Below, piece after piece: positions 40,801 through 48,900 of a stretch of DNA of 64,000 nucleotides. The position numbers and the translations under genes are program-made. The stretch's first letter is position 1; each line of letters starts with the position of its first letter. The stretch comes from a virus. The notes under the pieces were generated by a model. It worked only from the letters and a program-made list of their open reading frames with translations, searched no databases and was not told the origin of the DNA. Location: the IMG/VR virus record IMGVR_UViG_3300042505_000752, positions 32,001-96,000 of that record, one strand, 5' to 3'.

Positions 40801-40948
40801 TCTTGAATCAAACCCAGATGCATTCCTTGAGGTTTTTAACATAACTGGTTCAATACCTAGTCCAATAAATGCCCCAATGTCGCCAATTCGTCGTCCTAGG
40901 GGATTAACTGGTCGTCAGGTTGGTTTGCCATCGGGTGGAGGATTATAA
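34829..40948 (+). CDS. 2039-aa leader-motif protein with C-terminal HipA/PI3K-PI4K-like kinase domain
   Basis: WRCPQGSQFGGYITDRFGRGCGGG leader; WFIK (beta3 Lys), LEDIG, DYVLDNQDRHAGN (40364-40381), VIDNG (40430-40438). Confidence 0.75.
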   Translation: MSKIVLIKDAIKDEPYALVSYDSMEVKAFALTDDAEEWSEWANQSCKTIDEIRESLTYSLQTELPRPATEIELDGIKQFTTSERFIQIKSAISESKLEMVGTFSRQSRRFAVKTLKDSELPESPSSLPLTSFSAQSRQAIIEYKALSFRADNKFSATAFEAKGARALWDPALGPSGGWRCPQGSQFGGYITDRFGRGCGGGVLRRVGRALVDAGRGIDKLGEARGARRLGRAADKLNDKPGGGRAQRAVGNAANALERGAQGLVGDYKPGDAVSRRRGVSAPDIAPERKKEIDDRLMAIQAELDDLVDQPPTGDIEKRITELTNENKKLRRERDGAMPKRVSAVKPAPSKRRVVKPEAGRNERVQGKRPVKKPVTQGRRQGVLDRAAQRLVGEYDPSEYKPGDKKRIKDRENRYAKVSDEALINALKMNSPKAIKPGQNRDIEANKRQERLEVLQEMLNRGIDIPEQFKKEVKQYRLKPQRKKRGAKAGSLRSRAANALERAAQRVLAGDKNKKRRDRSRRKRAADAFERGAQRILDGKKKPKKQDNRKKPQPNGGLNLPGGGRGIIEPRDTEGLPKPGMGGMRKPGEGQITPEELQDLIDSNLGITGLSELRKQFKDYDDAQIDNFLSRFVKAREKMNNDNPERLKLDKWIINLEMEKTARELDRLKNGKRERDNQRVRARRAVTAQSAFTPIRRPRPKKMKGDKIAWDDMDAQQKARMRNRAIAELDDLDASWRKRLGLKSNEKLTDKMIRDYIKERENNKPGAYIGVLKANANDWGVLKDYANDLENGDILNNLGPKRRKTLVDDLNNASTPKRVKTPSSPRPKSAPSAKKRDGLNDNEKNRLKELDGPEFDNQVEAFDEAERLAKANNESMVAFEQDGKFRVVKAQDFNDLLDGIDDDSRMQNAIGSVRHFDANGNESKIDVSESARVKQSIKESLGIDAPESLGGSIPDDRSRRNVRNRFPNNGLPDKAFWRDKDWKPRTGGDDAEKHERRFGRYFDSDGNINARGRFVNGQLEQERAEKAKPRFSKTPESVIPESGRRKTSTYSFGKLQVFGEDNNGRVLWKDKDGFVIPDNIVNDEAVRQRYMRYAKEGRDAYLNAEFARNLGKKIDDLLVNNDPEKRRELRNNLQNLIEDRRLLISRENPVAVRGSWAGELVALQNMLNELDSHPNAVDISPMKNEGLDSLPKASIKRRDSSLIKLPEFKKEKEVFVQYYDLRNDRFKAHLENDRLDDANIMIEGLANEIDGHNRMLADPAMPEEDRVKILARRSAALEKVGKFNQDLQLRMDEINKRIGAENAARWGIPRLMTNPEGNATPDSAEARLAILGNNYQIKFAKNIRLEGAKDRAAELAKEKNDGEGIYVTKDIKSGKFFLLTRADFEEAVKNDAFSENYVVDAVVYAAKTPAPPKPPSVARIPDLNDPFDGFKSRFSPMDFDADDKDNPIKAARKYAVEFDSDFVVAQRLNDGKQFVLDARDWNDFVNSPKINSDDFVAVGIFGGYGKDTDGMPKLNDGKKRLIDEMQSRDLGRVFPKGNRVFGSGDKKARERAQKFAKQGADDDGRNRYVIDTGKQYMVVSEKEYQELLAEFNNNEQRLNATLSPEKFIRERKGNNAVGRDALLGPQQMPIDADEYKDAVIAVHDGNGAIDQIPDALFAAVIFDENLEDTIRPGNRVAPQPLINDDGSQATFEDIFSGRMKPGYGAEFENKRFKFKNFKDAGDSYGGIWSVYRVEDKQTGEIWFIKSSTYGANDAMLEDIGMEAAGIFNFAAKNDAKQIRISAPIAVEKNGRQVRWTAMRDIDQWDAPNGEALTWVDAGDGGNIQGRSVSLEDMAAVLVLDYVLDNQDRHAGNFKIATDSNGVQRLGVIDNGLMFGGRAYDMLPLSHDDEVTPMGLNELAEQRKALDLEGYKKGTGHILLRSLPSTFIDRLRQSQFDRDEFNLQVKYSIETMRESIDRILDEQRLKGKGISLSGTELAHLKAMKLVADARLKYLESNPDAFLEVFNITGSIPSPINAPMSPIRRPRGLTGRQVGLPSGGGL

Positions 40949-40949
40949 A

Positions 40950-41291
40950 ATGGAACAAGATATTCAAAGAACAGAAAAATCGTTAAAAGATTTAAAAAAG
41001 GAAATTACATATCCTGCCGTTATTTACCATGAATCAGAAGCGGGAAATATTGCTCCAATTTTAGTACTTGAACGAAAAGGCAGAATTACTCATTATTTTT
41101 GGGATGATGTAAATCGCTATGATTCTGATATGTACAATGTTGTTGGCGATATTGTAAAACTATCTACAAATTCACAGTCAACGGCAAAGCAATTCTTTAT
41201 TGACAATGCCACTCCTGTAGATATTAATAGAGTTATAGATCAGGCTAAGAAAAATAAGATAGTCAAACCAGAACCTAAAGGCAAAAAATAA
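40950..41291 (+). CDS. Small protein, candidate immunity/antitoxin of the upstream kinase
   Basis: ATG one base after the kinase stop; RBS GGAGG; start 40950 preferred over 40920. Confidence 0.5.
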   Translation: MEQDIQRTEKSLKDLKKEITYPAVIYHESEAGNIAPILVLERKGRITHYFWDDVNRYDSDMYNVVGDIVKLSTNSQSTAKQFFIDNATPVDINRVIDQAKKNKIVKPEPKGKK

Positions 41292-41293
41292 AA

Positions 41294-44200
41294 ATGACTA
41301 CCGATTGCGAAACTTGTCGTCCTCTTGTAAAGGTCATGAACCCCCAGATGTCTACTGACCGCAGGCGGTTTATGATTGAGAGCAAGGCTGCCGAATATCG
41401 CAAACACATGGGTCAGCCGAGCGGTTTGTTGCAAAAGGGTGCTCGGGCAATATTTGACCCTAAACTTGGTCCGTCTGGTGGATATCGCTGTCCTGAAGGG
41501 AGCCAGTTTGGTGGTTACATTACCGACCGCTTCGGCAGAGGCTGTGGTGGGGGTATTATTCGCCGTGTCGGGCGAGCCTTTGGAAAACTAGGTCGTGGAT
41601 TAGATAACATTGCAGACAGGCGTGACCGTAGTCGTTTGGGTCGTGCCGTCAATCGCCGTAGCAAGCCCAATCGCGTTACTCGCGCCGCTGGTGCTCTAGA
41701 GCGTGGAGCACAAAGACTTGTTGGCGAATACAAGCCTGGTGACTACAAACCAGGTGACGGCGGTCGTCGTAATAGGCGCAACCTACCTGGTGGATCATCC
41801 CTGAGGCGTTCTGCTGTTCCACGCAAACCTAAGCGTGAACGCAAACTGCCCAAAGACGGGGACAAGAAGCCTCGCACCCAAGGGGCAACTCCCAAAAAGC
41901 GCCCCATTGTTGAACGCGCTGCTGAAGGTCTAGAACGCGCTGCTCAGCGTGTTCTAGATGAAGATCGCAAGAAAAGAACACAAGGCGCTAAGCCTGCCAA
42001 ACCCAAGAAGCCTGTTGCTCCTAAGGTTCCTTCGCTGAAGCCAAATCTCTCAGAAGATAAAAAACCAAACATCACTGACATCAATGATATTGACTGGGAT
42101 AATTTAACTCCCGAACAGCGTGACGAAATTCAAGGCATCCGTTGGGATGCTTTTAGTGAACTTGAAGCCGAAATGTCCAAGTACATGGGTGTTCCAGCGG
42201 CTCGTATGGACCCTGATGGGTTTGTAAAACGAAATGAAAAAAATAAAAATGTTGAAAAATATGCAGGGGATGCTCGTAAGTGGAGACAATTACAAAACGA
42301 CTTTGAAGATATGCCAGCAGAAGCAATTAAAGAGATTGACTGGACCGACGAAGAACGCAAGAAAATTCTTGATGTCGTTAATGGGAATGCAAAGCCCAAG
42401 AAGCCCAAGACCCGTGGTGCTGACTTCTGGGAACGACGCAAGAATAACAAGCCGATTAAGCCTGAAGAATTAGATGTTGAAGATGCCCCAGAGATTTTTT
42501 CAAGCAAGCCAGACGGCGTACCCGAAAGTGCTCGTAATGTTAAGGCTTGGGAGCAGGCGTTTAAGGATGAAATAGATAAGTATTTTGCTGAAAAAAATGT
42601 AGATCGCCTTGAAAAATTAAAAAAGACAATAGATTTGATTCTTAACAAAGATGTCATGAATCTATCTTCTGCTATGCGTCGGATGCTTCAGGAAAAAATT
42701 AATGACATAGAGAAAAAGACTGTTGCCCTTCGTGCACGAAAAGCACGAGGTGCACGCACTGCCACACCAAAACCAAAACTTCCTAGTCTTGTAGGTAAGC
42801 CAGTAAAGCGTAATCCAAAAATTAATCGTATTAAAGATAATGTTATTGATGCTTTGCGTATCAACAATATGCGTGACAATGCCATGGGCGACTTTGCACG
42901 CGACGCAATTGGCGATGGCTTAATTGCTTTTCCTGAGAATATTTTTAATGATGACATCAAAAATGTGACAGATGCAGTGAAGTGGCTTGATGATGGAAAA
43001 TCATTATACGAAATTCCACAACATTATTGGGCTGAAGCAATAAATGAACATGTAGACAGTCGTAATCCTGGTCCAAAGCAATATAAAAGAATTGATATCA
43101 ATAATCCAGGTGCTATGAAATCTATTAACATGTATGAAAAATTAAATCAAGATGGCAGTGGTAGTGGGACTGGTGTTGTTTTTGCTCGTGCTCCAGGTAA
43201 TGCACGGGATGGCATGGGCGAAGTTTTAGGTCAGCAAGTCCTCAATGCCCTTGGCATGAATGTTGCTCCAGCGCGGTTTGATGGAATTGTAAGAGAACAA
43301 AATAATGGCAGAGATGTACCAGTTGCTGTAATGCCATTTGCTTGGAACAGGGCTGCTGCTGGAAAAATAGACCGAGGTAAGGCTGGTTATAACTTTGACA
43401 GGTCTGTCTTTGACCAATTTGAAGATAAAGCGTTACCTATGCGGTTAGCAAATTTATTAGGTAATTATTTTATGGGAATTAGCGACAGGCACCACAATAA
43501 TGGGATGGCAGGGGTTATTGATGGTCAGCCTTATATTGTCCCTATTGACCTTGGGTGGAACGGCATAAAAAGAAAATTTTACGAGTATCAAGGCGATGAT
43601 TGGCTTCATGGATTTTCAATGGACCCCGACTTGGTTGGCGTTATTAAGTCTCATTTAGCAAAACTTGAACCCAAAGAGGCTGAAAAACAACGCAATAAAA
43701 TAATTGAAGTTTTTGATGGCATGATCTTACGAGGCGATGCAATACTTGCTCAAGGAAAAGATAAATTTATTGAGGATGCCATAGGAATGATGCATCTTGG
43801 TGCTGATGCAGTGCCAAATATGCAAATGCGTAATGGAGTTGACAGAAAAGAACTTGAATCTATGATGAAAGAAAAAGCATTAGGCATATTTACTGCTATG
43901 GAATCCAATATTGCATCATTGAAAAAAGAAAGAACAGATTTATTTGCTAAATGGGGATTAAAAAATGCTCCCCCATTAGGAGTTCTTGAAGTAGTTAGCA
44001 AACCAAAGCCAAAAAACCCCAAGGCACCTAAGCCAAAAGCGCCCGCCCCTGCAAAGATTACCAATAATGTGGCTTCAAAGGGTAAGAAAATTGGACCGCT
44101 CCCAGCACTTGTTGTAGCAGAACCACAAAAACGATACAACAAGGTTCCTGTACTTGGTAAAGCATCTGGAGACAATCCCCTACCAATTCCAGATGACATT

Positions 44201-45274
44201 GTTAATTCTGAAATTACAAACTTGGATGACGCAGTTAGATGGCTTGATGAGGGTAATCGTATTTCTCAAGTTCCTCAAAAGTTTTGGGCGCAAGCCATAA
44301 ACGGTCATGTTGATGGAAATGCACCCAATAAACAATTTACTCGCCTTGCACAACAAGGTGGAATTATAAAAATGACGCAAATTTTTGGTGCTCTTGATAA
44401 CGATGGTAATTTTGTAAATCAGGGATTCTTATTGCAATACGATGGTGATGACCCCAAAAACGCTGTTGAGGTTTTTGCTCTTAACATTATGCATGGGCTT
44501 GGATTAAATGTTGAGCCTGCACGCTTTGACGGAGTTTTTAGACCTGACGAAGTTCCAGTTGCAGTTATGCCATTTGCTTGGAACAACGCACCAGAAGGTG
44601 ATGTTGTTCTTCCAAAAGATTTACCCCAGTGGGATGTAAATCGTTCTGATATTTATGTTGATGAAGACTATATTCCAAATTTTGAACATCAACAATTTGA
44701 CAATTTGCCAGACAAGGCATACCCGCAAAGAATTGCCGCAATGATAGGTAACTTCATTTTGCAAATTCCAGATAGACATAATCAAAACGGCATGGGGGGA
44801 ATGTTTGGTGGCAAGCCCCATGTTGTTCCAATTGACTTAGGTTGGGCTGGAAAAAATGGATATATTGGAAATATGAACATGTTCTTTTCACAACAATTCA
44901 AAATTGATAGGACTTTTGATGCGGACAACGGAGACATGGAGCCAGATTTCCGTAAAAATATTTCAAATCATTGGTCATCAATAAGTGATGATGCCGAAAG
45001 AGTTAGACAACAAAAAGTTATTGTTGATCTTTATGATGACATGATCGCTCGTGGAAAAGCAATGACTCAAGATAAAGATAAATTCATTAATGACCTGTTA
45101 ATTGGACTTCACGATGCAGGAAATAACGCAATAATTAGAAACAAAGCAGAACAAGAAGCAAGAAATATGCTCAAGATGATGATGAGGTCAATTGCTAATA
45201 TGGAAAGCGAAAGAGATAATTACCTTAAAAGTATTTTTAGTATTGATGAAGCCGTTATAAAAGGTGGTGCATGA
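41294..45274 (+). CDS. 1326-aa leader-motif protein with two tandem HipA/PI4K-like kinase domains
   Basis: YRCPEGSQFGGYITDRFGRGCGGG leader; GISDRHHNN..PIDLGW (43484-43558) and QIPDRHNQN..PIDLGW (44771-44845). Confidence 0.75.
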   Translation: MTTDCETCRPLVKVMNPQMSTDRRRFMIESKAAEYRKHMGQPSGLLQKGARAIFDPKLGPSGGYRCPEGSQFGGYITDRFGRGCGGGIIRRVGRAFGKLGRGLDNIADRRDRSRLGRAVNRRSKPNRVTRAAGALERGAQRLVGEYKPGDYKPGDGGRRNRRNLPGGSSLRRSAVPRKPKRERKLPKDGDKKPRTQGATPKKRPIVERAAEGLERAAQRVLDEDRKKRTQGAKPAKPKKPVAPKVPSLKPNLSEDKKPNITDINDIDWDNLTPEQRDEIQGIRWDAFSELEAEMSKYMGVPAARMDPDGFVKRNEKNKNVEKYAGDARKWRQLQNDFEDMPAEAIKEIDWTDEERKKILDVVNGNAKPKKPKTRGADFWERRKNNKPIKPEELDVEDAPEIFSSKPDGVPESARNVKAWEQAFKDEIDKYFAEKNVDRLEKLKKTIDLILNKDVMNLSSAMRRMLQEKINDIEKKTVALRARKARGARTATPKPKLPSLVGKPVKRNPKINRIKDNVIDALRINNMRDNAMGDFARDAIGDGLIAFPENIFNDDIKNVTDAVKWLDDGKSLYEIPQHYWAEAINEHVDSRNPGPKQYKRIDINNPGAMKSINMYEKLNQDGSGSGTGVVFARAPGNARDGMGEVLGQQVLNALGMNVAPARFDGIVREQNNGRDVPVAVMPFAWNRAAAGKIDRGKAGYNFDRSVFDQFEDKALPMRLANLLGNYFMGISDRHHNNGMAGVIDGQPYIVPIDLGWNGIKRKFYEYQGDDWLHGFSMDPDLVGVIKSHLAKLEPKEAEKQRNKIIEVFDGMILRGDAILAQGKDKFIEDAIGMMHLGADAVPNMQMRNGVDRKELESMMKEKALGIFTAMESNIASLKKERTDLFAKWGLKNAPPLGVLEVVSKPKPKNPKAPKPKAPAPAKITNNVASKGKKIGPLPALVVAEPQKRYNKVPVLGKASGDNPLPIPDDIVNSEITNLDDAVRWLDEGNRISQVPQKFWAQAINGHVDGNAPNKQFTRLAQQGGIIKMTQIFGALDNDGNFVNQGFLLQYDGDDPKNAVEVFALNIMHGLGLNVEPARFDGVFRPDEVPVAVMPFAWNNAPEGDVVLPKDLPQWDVNRSDIYVDEDYIPNFEHQQFDNLPDKAYPQRIAAMIGNFILQIPDRHNQNGMGGMFGGKPHVVPIDLGWAGKNGYIGNMNMFFSQQFKIDRTFDADNGDMEPDFRKNISNHWSSISDDAERVRQQKVIVDLYDDMIARGKAMTQDKDKFINDLLIGLHDAGNNAIIRNKAEQEARNMLKMMMRSIANMESERDNYLKSIFSIDEAVIKGGA

Positions 45275-45666
45275 TGGCTCAATATTTAATTATTTTTGGA
45301 CCTTTTGGAACACCACAGAATAATTCTAAAAATGCTGTTGCTTTTAAAACTTCTGGTTCAAATATTCAAATTACCTGTTCTAAAAACAAAATGAATTATT
45401 GGAAAAATCGCATTAATGAATCTTTAGTTTTGGCAAGTTCATTTAAAGGTAATGAAGTTCAATTAGACAATTTTGCAAAAAACAGTAGTTATGTATCTTC
45501 TATATTTTTTGATGATTCTAATTATGATGAGTACAAAAAACTTTTTGAATCAGTTAATGGTGTTAAAAGTGTAGTAAAAATTGACAGAGTACCAACTTAT
45601 GACGAACCAGATTTTGACCCTAAAAAAGTTGAAAATTTCTATAAAAAGTTTGAGAAGAAAAAATAA
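45271..45666 (+). CDS. Small protein, candidate immunity protein 1 (paralogue of 45666..45995)
   Basis: ATGA overlap with the double-kinase gene; clear similarity to the next ORF. Confidence 0.55.
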   Translation: MMAQYLIIFGPFGTPQNNSKNAVAFKTSGSNIQITCSKNKMNYWKNRINESLVLASSFKGNEVQLDNFAKNSSYVSSIFFDDSNYDEYKKLFESVNGVKSVVKIDRVPTYDEPDFDPKKVENFYKKFEKKK

Positions 45667-45995
45667 TGGCTGAGTATCTTATTTATCATGGCGACTTTGG
45701 TTCCAGTATTGACGACCCCGGTCTTATGTCTATTAAGGCTGATGGGGTTAAGTTAACCATTCGTGCATCTCGCAACATGATGGAAGAGTGGAAGGGTCGT
45801 ATTGAAAATTCTAGAGTTTTGCAGGGTTCGGTAAATGACGGTCAAGTAGACCTTGAAAGATATATTTTTGCTAACAAGTATTCCACATGGACATTCTTTA
45901 CTCAAGAAGAATTTGATGACTATAAAAAAGTGTATAATTCTGTAAAAGGTTCAACTGTAGTTGTGACTATCAAGCCAGAGAAAAAGGGCGACTGA
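45666..45995 (+). CDS. Small protein, candidate immunity protein 2 (paralogue of 45271..45666)
   Basis: MAEYLIYHGDFG...WKGRIENSRVL...FDDYKKVYNSVKG versus MAQYLIIFGPFG...WKNRINESLVL...YDEYKKLFESVNG. Confidence 0.55.
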   Translation: MAEYLIYHGDFGSSIDDPGLMSIKADGVKLTIRASRNMMEEWKGRIENSRVLQGSVNDGQVDLERYIFANKYSTWTFFTQEEFDDYKKVYNSVKGSTVVVTIKPEKKGD

Positions 45996-45996
45996 A

Positions 45997-48900
45997 ATGG
46001 CAAAGATGCGCGCGTCATCCAAAGAAGATGCAATGAAGATTGCACGCTATGTTGGATGTTCTGGCGCACACCAAGATAAGAAGGGGAATTGGATACCTTG
46101 TGCCAATCCCGAAGATCTTGTAGAGATTCTAGATAAATCTGCAAGAAACTCTACTGAAAAATTAACTAAAAAGAAGCGTCGTCGGTTTGTTAATGGTCAA
46201 TGGGAAAGACTCGGAGAACGAGGTCCTATCAGTATTGACACAATTGACGGCGGTGGACTTGTGTCTGGTATGGGCAAGTCCTTGACTCAATGGTTTAAAG
46301 AAGAATGGGTTGATATTTCAAGACCCAAAAAAGGTGGCGGTTTTGAGCCGTGCGGACGAGATGATGCAGACAAGGGCAAATACCCCAAGTGCGTTCCAGC
46401 ATCACGAGCCAGCAATATGTCAGAAGAAGAAATTCGCTCTGCTGTTTCACGGAAAAGAAGAGCAGAATCTACACAGAGTAGAGATGACAAAAAGCCTATT
46501 TATGTTCCTACTGATAAAAAGAACGACCCATTCGTTTTGGATGAAAAATCAGCAACACCCACAAATCCAGAACTTTATGCACGGGTTAAGGCTGAAGCAA
46601 AAAAGAAGTTTGATGTTTACCCCTCTGCCTATGCAAACGCTTGGTTAGTAAGGGAATACAAAAAACGAGGTGGTGGATATCGTTCTGAAAAAGCAGACGA
46701 TGGCGATTATGAAGAATCTGTTGAAGATCTTACCGAAATGCAATTATCCGATTTTATTGATTGGGTAGATCAAAAAGAAAAAGCAGAAAAAGTATGCCCT
46801 CCAGCAACTTCTGACATTGGCTTAAATATCAAGAATCGTCAGAATGCCATCAATACTGCTGGTTATGGTCCCCTAAACCCGAAAGAACCCAATGTGGACT
46901 TTTGGGAAAAGAAGGCAAAACGCTGGTCCGTAACGATTGAAGAATCCAAGAAACAAAAGTGCGGAAACTGTGCTGTCTTTATTAAGACTCCTCGGATTCT
47001 TGAATGCATTGAGTCAGGTCTTGGTAATGAGGCTGGAGACACTGCTTGGGATGCAATCAATGCTGGCGACCTTGGATATTGCGAGGCATTTGACTTCAAG
47101 TGTGCTTCTGCCCGTACCTGTGATGCATGGGTCGGTGGAGGTCCAGTAACTGTTGAAAAGGGCAAGCAAGAGGAGAAGGCAGAAACTTCCACGATTATCA
47201 TTGGTCGTGCCAAGCCTCGCATTGGCGATCCTGATGTTTACACCGACCCCAACTCTGCTCGTCTGCGTTCTCGTAAACTTGGTTGCATTGGTATCGCTCG
47301 TAGAGAAACGCCAGATGGAGAAGTTGTCTGGACACCCTGCACAAATATCTCAGATCAACGCAGATACCAAGGCGAAACACCATTAGGTCAGCGAGATGAG
47401 GCTCGGCGTTTTGCTGACAGACTTGCTGAAGTTGGCGGTCCTGATCGTAAGCGCCGACGCATGCGTAAGTATAAGAGCCTTGAATTTGCAACAGACATTA
47501 AGGCATTTCGGACCTTAGGTTCAAGTATGAATAGTCGCGGCATTAGCGGTAATTGTCGCCAATTTACTGGCATTGATGGTGACGGAGATGGATTCGTATG
47601 TAATCCCGCAACTCGCGAGGACGACTTGCCCCTTACGGACACTCGGAAAATTTTTAAGCGTGGCGGTAAAATGCTGTCAAGGGAAGAATTGGTAGAGCAA
47701 GACGAAACAATGCTTAATATGTTTGCCAAAGGTGAACCTTTATCGCGAATTGCTGAAGAAGTAGGTCTTGACAAAAGAGAAGTTGAATTTTTAATTAAAA
47801 ATTTCCGTAAACAACAACCAAAAGTTGCATTTACAATATTCAACAATCGCGATATCAATATTCAAAAAAAACGCGAAGAGCGCAGAAAATTAGCGCTTGA
47901 GAATGTTAGGCGAGAGGCAAATGCCAACCGCAAATTAAATGCAAGAGGCGAAGACCCTACGCCAGAATCTGATGATGATCTTGATTTTACTCTTGACCCA
48001 GATAAGGTTCCGCAATATCTTAAAAAGAATTTTGCTAAATATATGCAACGCTTAAAAGACCCTGAATTTGCTGATGAAATAAAAAAAATTGCTGATGATT
48101 TGCGTGCTGGTCTTGGTTTGGCTGGAACGGCAAAAAAATACAAACGAGACTCAGCATTTATAGAAATTGTTCGTAGAAATGAAAAAATTACAAAAACAAA
48201 AAAACTACAAAGAGAACTCCTAGGCGTTCCTGATTTTAACAATGATACCGATGACCCCGATTTCACTCTTGACCCCGACAAAGTTCCAAAATTTTTACAA
48301 AGGAATTTGCTTAACAATATTAGGATAGCAAGAAGTCCTGAGTTTGCGGAAGAAAGAAAGAAAATTGCTGACGACTTACGCCTTGGTCTTGGAATTGCTT
48401 CCGTAAGATTGAAATACAAACGAGACTCGGCATTTGTAGACATAGTTCGCAGGCTTGAAAAAATTCCAAAATCAAGAGAAAACAAAAAAGTTGATCCTAA
48501 AATTAGACAGGATGTTGTTGACCTTGTAGATAAATTGATTAAAGATGATAATCCATTCATGTCGGTTGCCGAAATCGCAAAAGAATTTAAAATTACTGGA
48601 ATAGATGCGCGTCGGATTATTAATGCTGCAAAATTGGAAAAATATTTTGATTTGCACAATAAATATACAGACGCAAAAAGAAAAAAACTTTTTGCTGAAG
48701 TTGCTGAACTTCATAAACTTGATCTTACATATGATGAAATTGGCAAGCGTTTAGGAATTAGTGAAAACTCAGTAAATCACATTGCGAAAAAAATGAAACT
48801 ACCTAAAAGAAAGTTTGTGACAAAACGGAATGTTCCTCAAGTAATAAGGAGGGGTGGTGATGTAATTCCTCGTTCTTTAGCAATGAAACAAAATAAAGAA

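Noticed and set aside
47862-48659. 265-aa antisense ORF and the many other 60-175 aa shadow ORFs in the track
   Set aside because: They lie antisense or out of frame within well-supported genes, lack RBSs, and have compositions (Ser/Phe/Leu-rich) that mirror the sense codon bias
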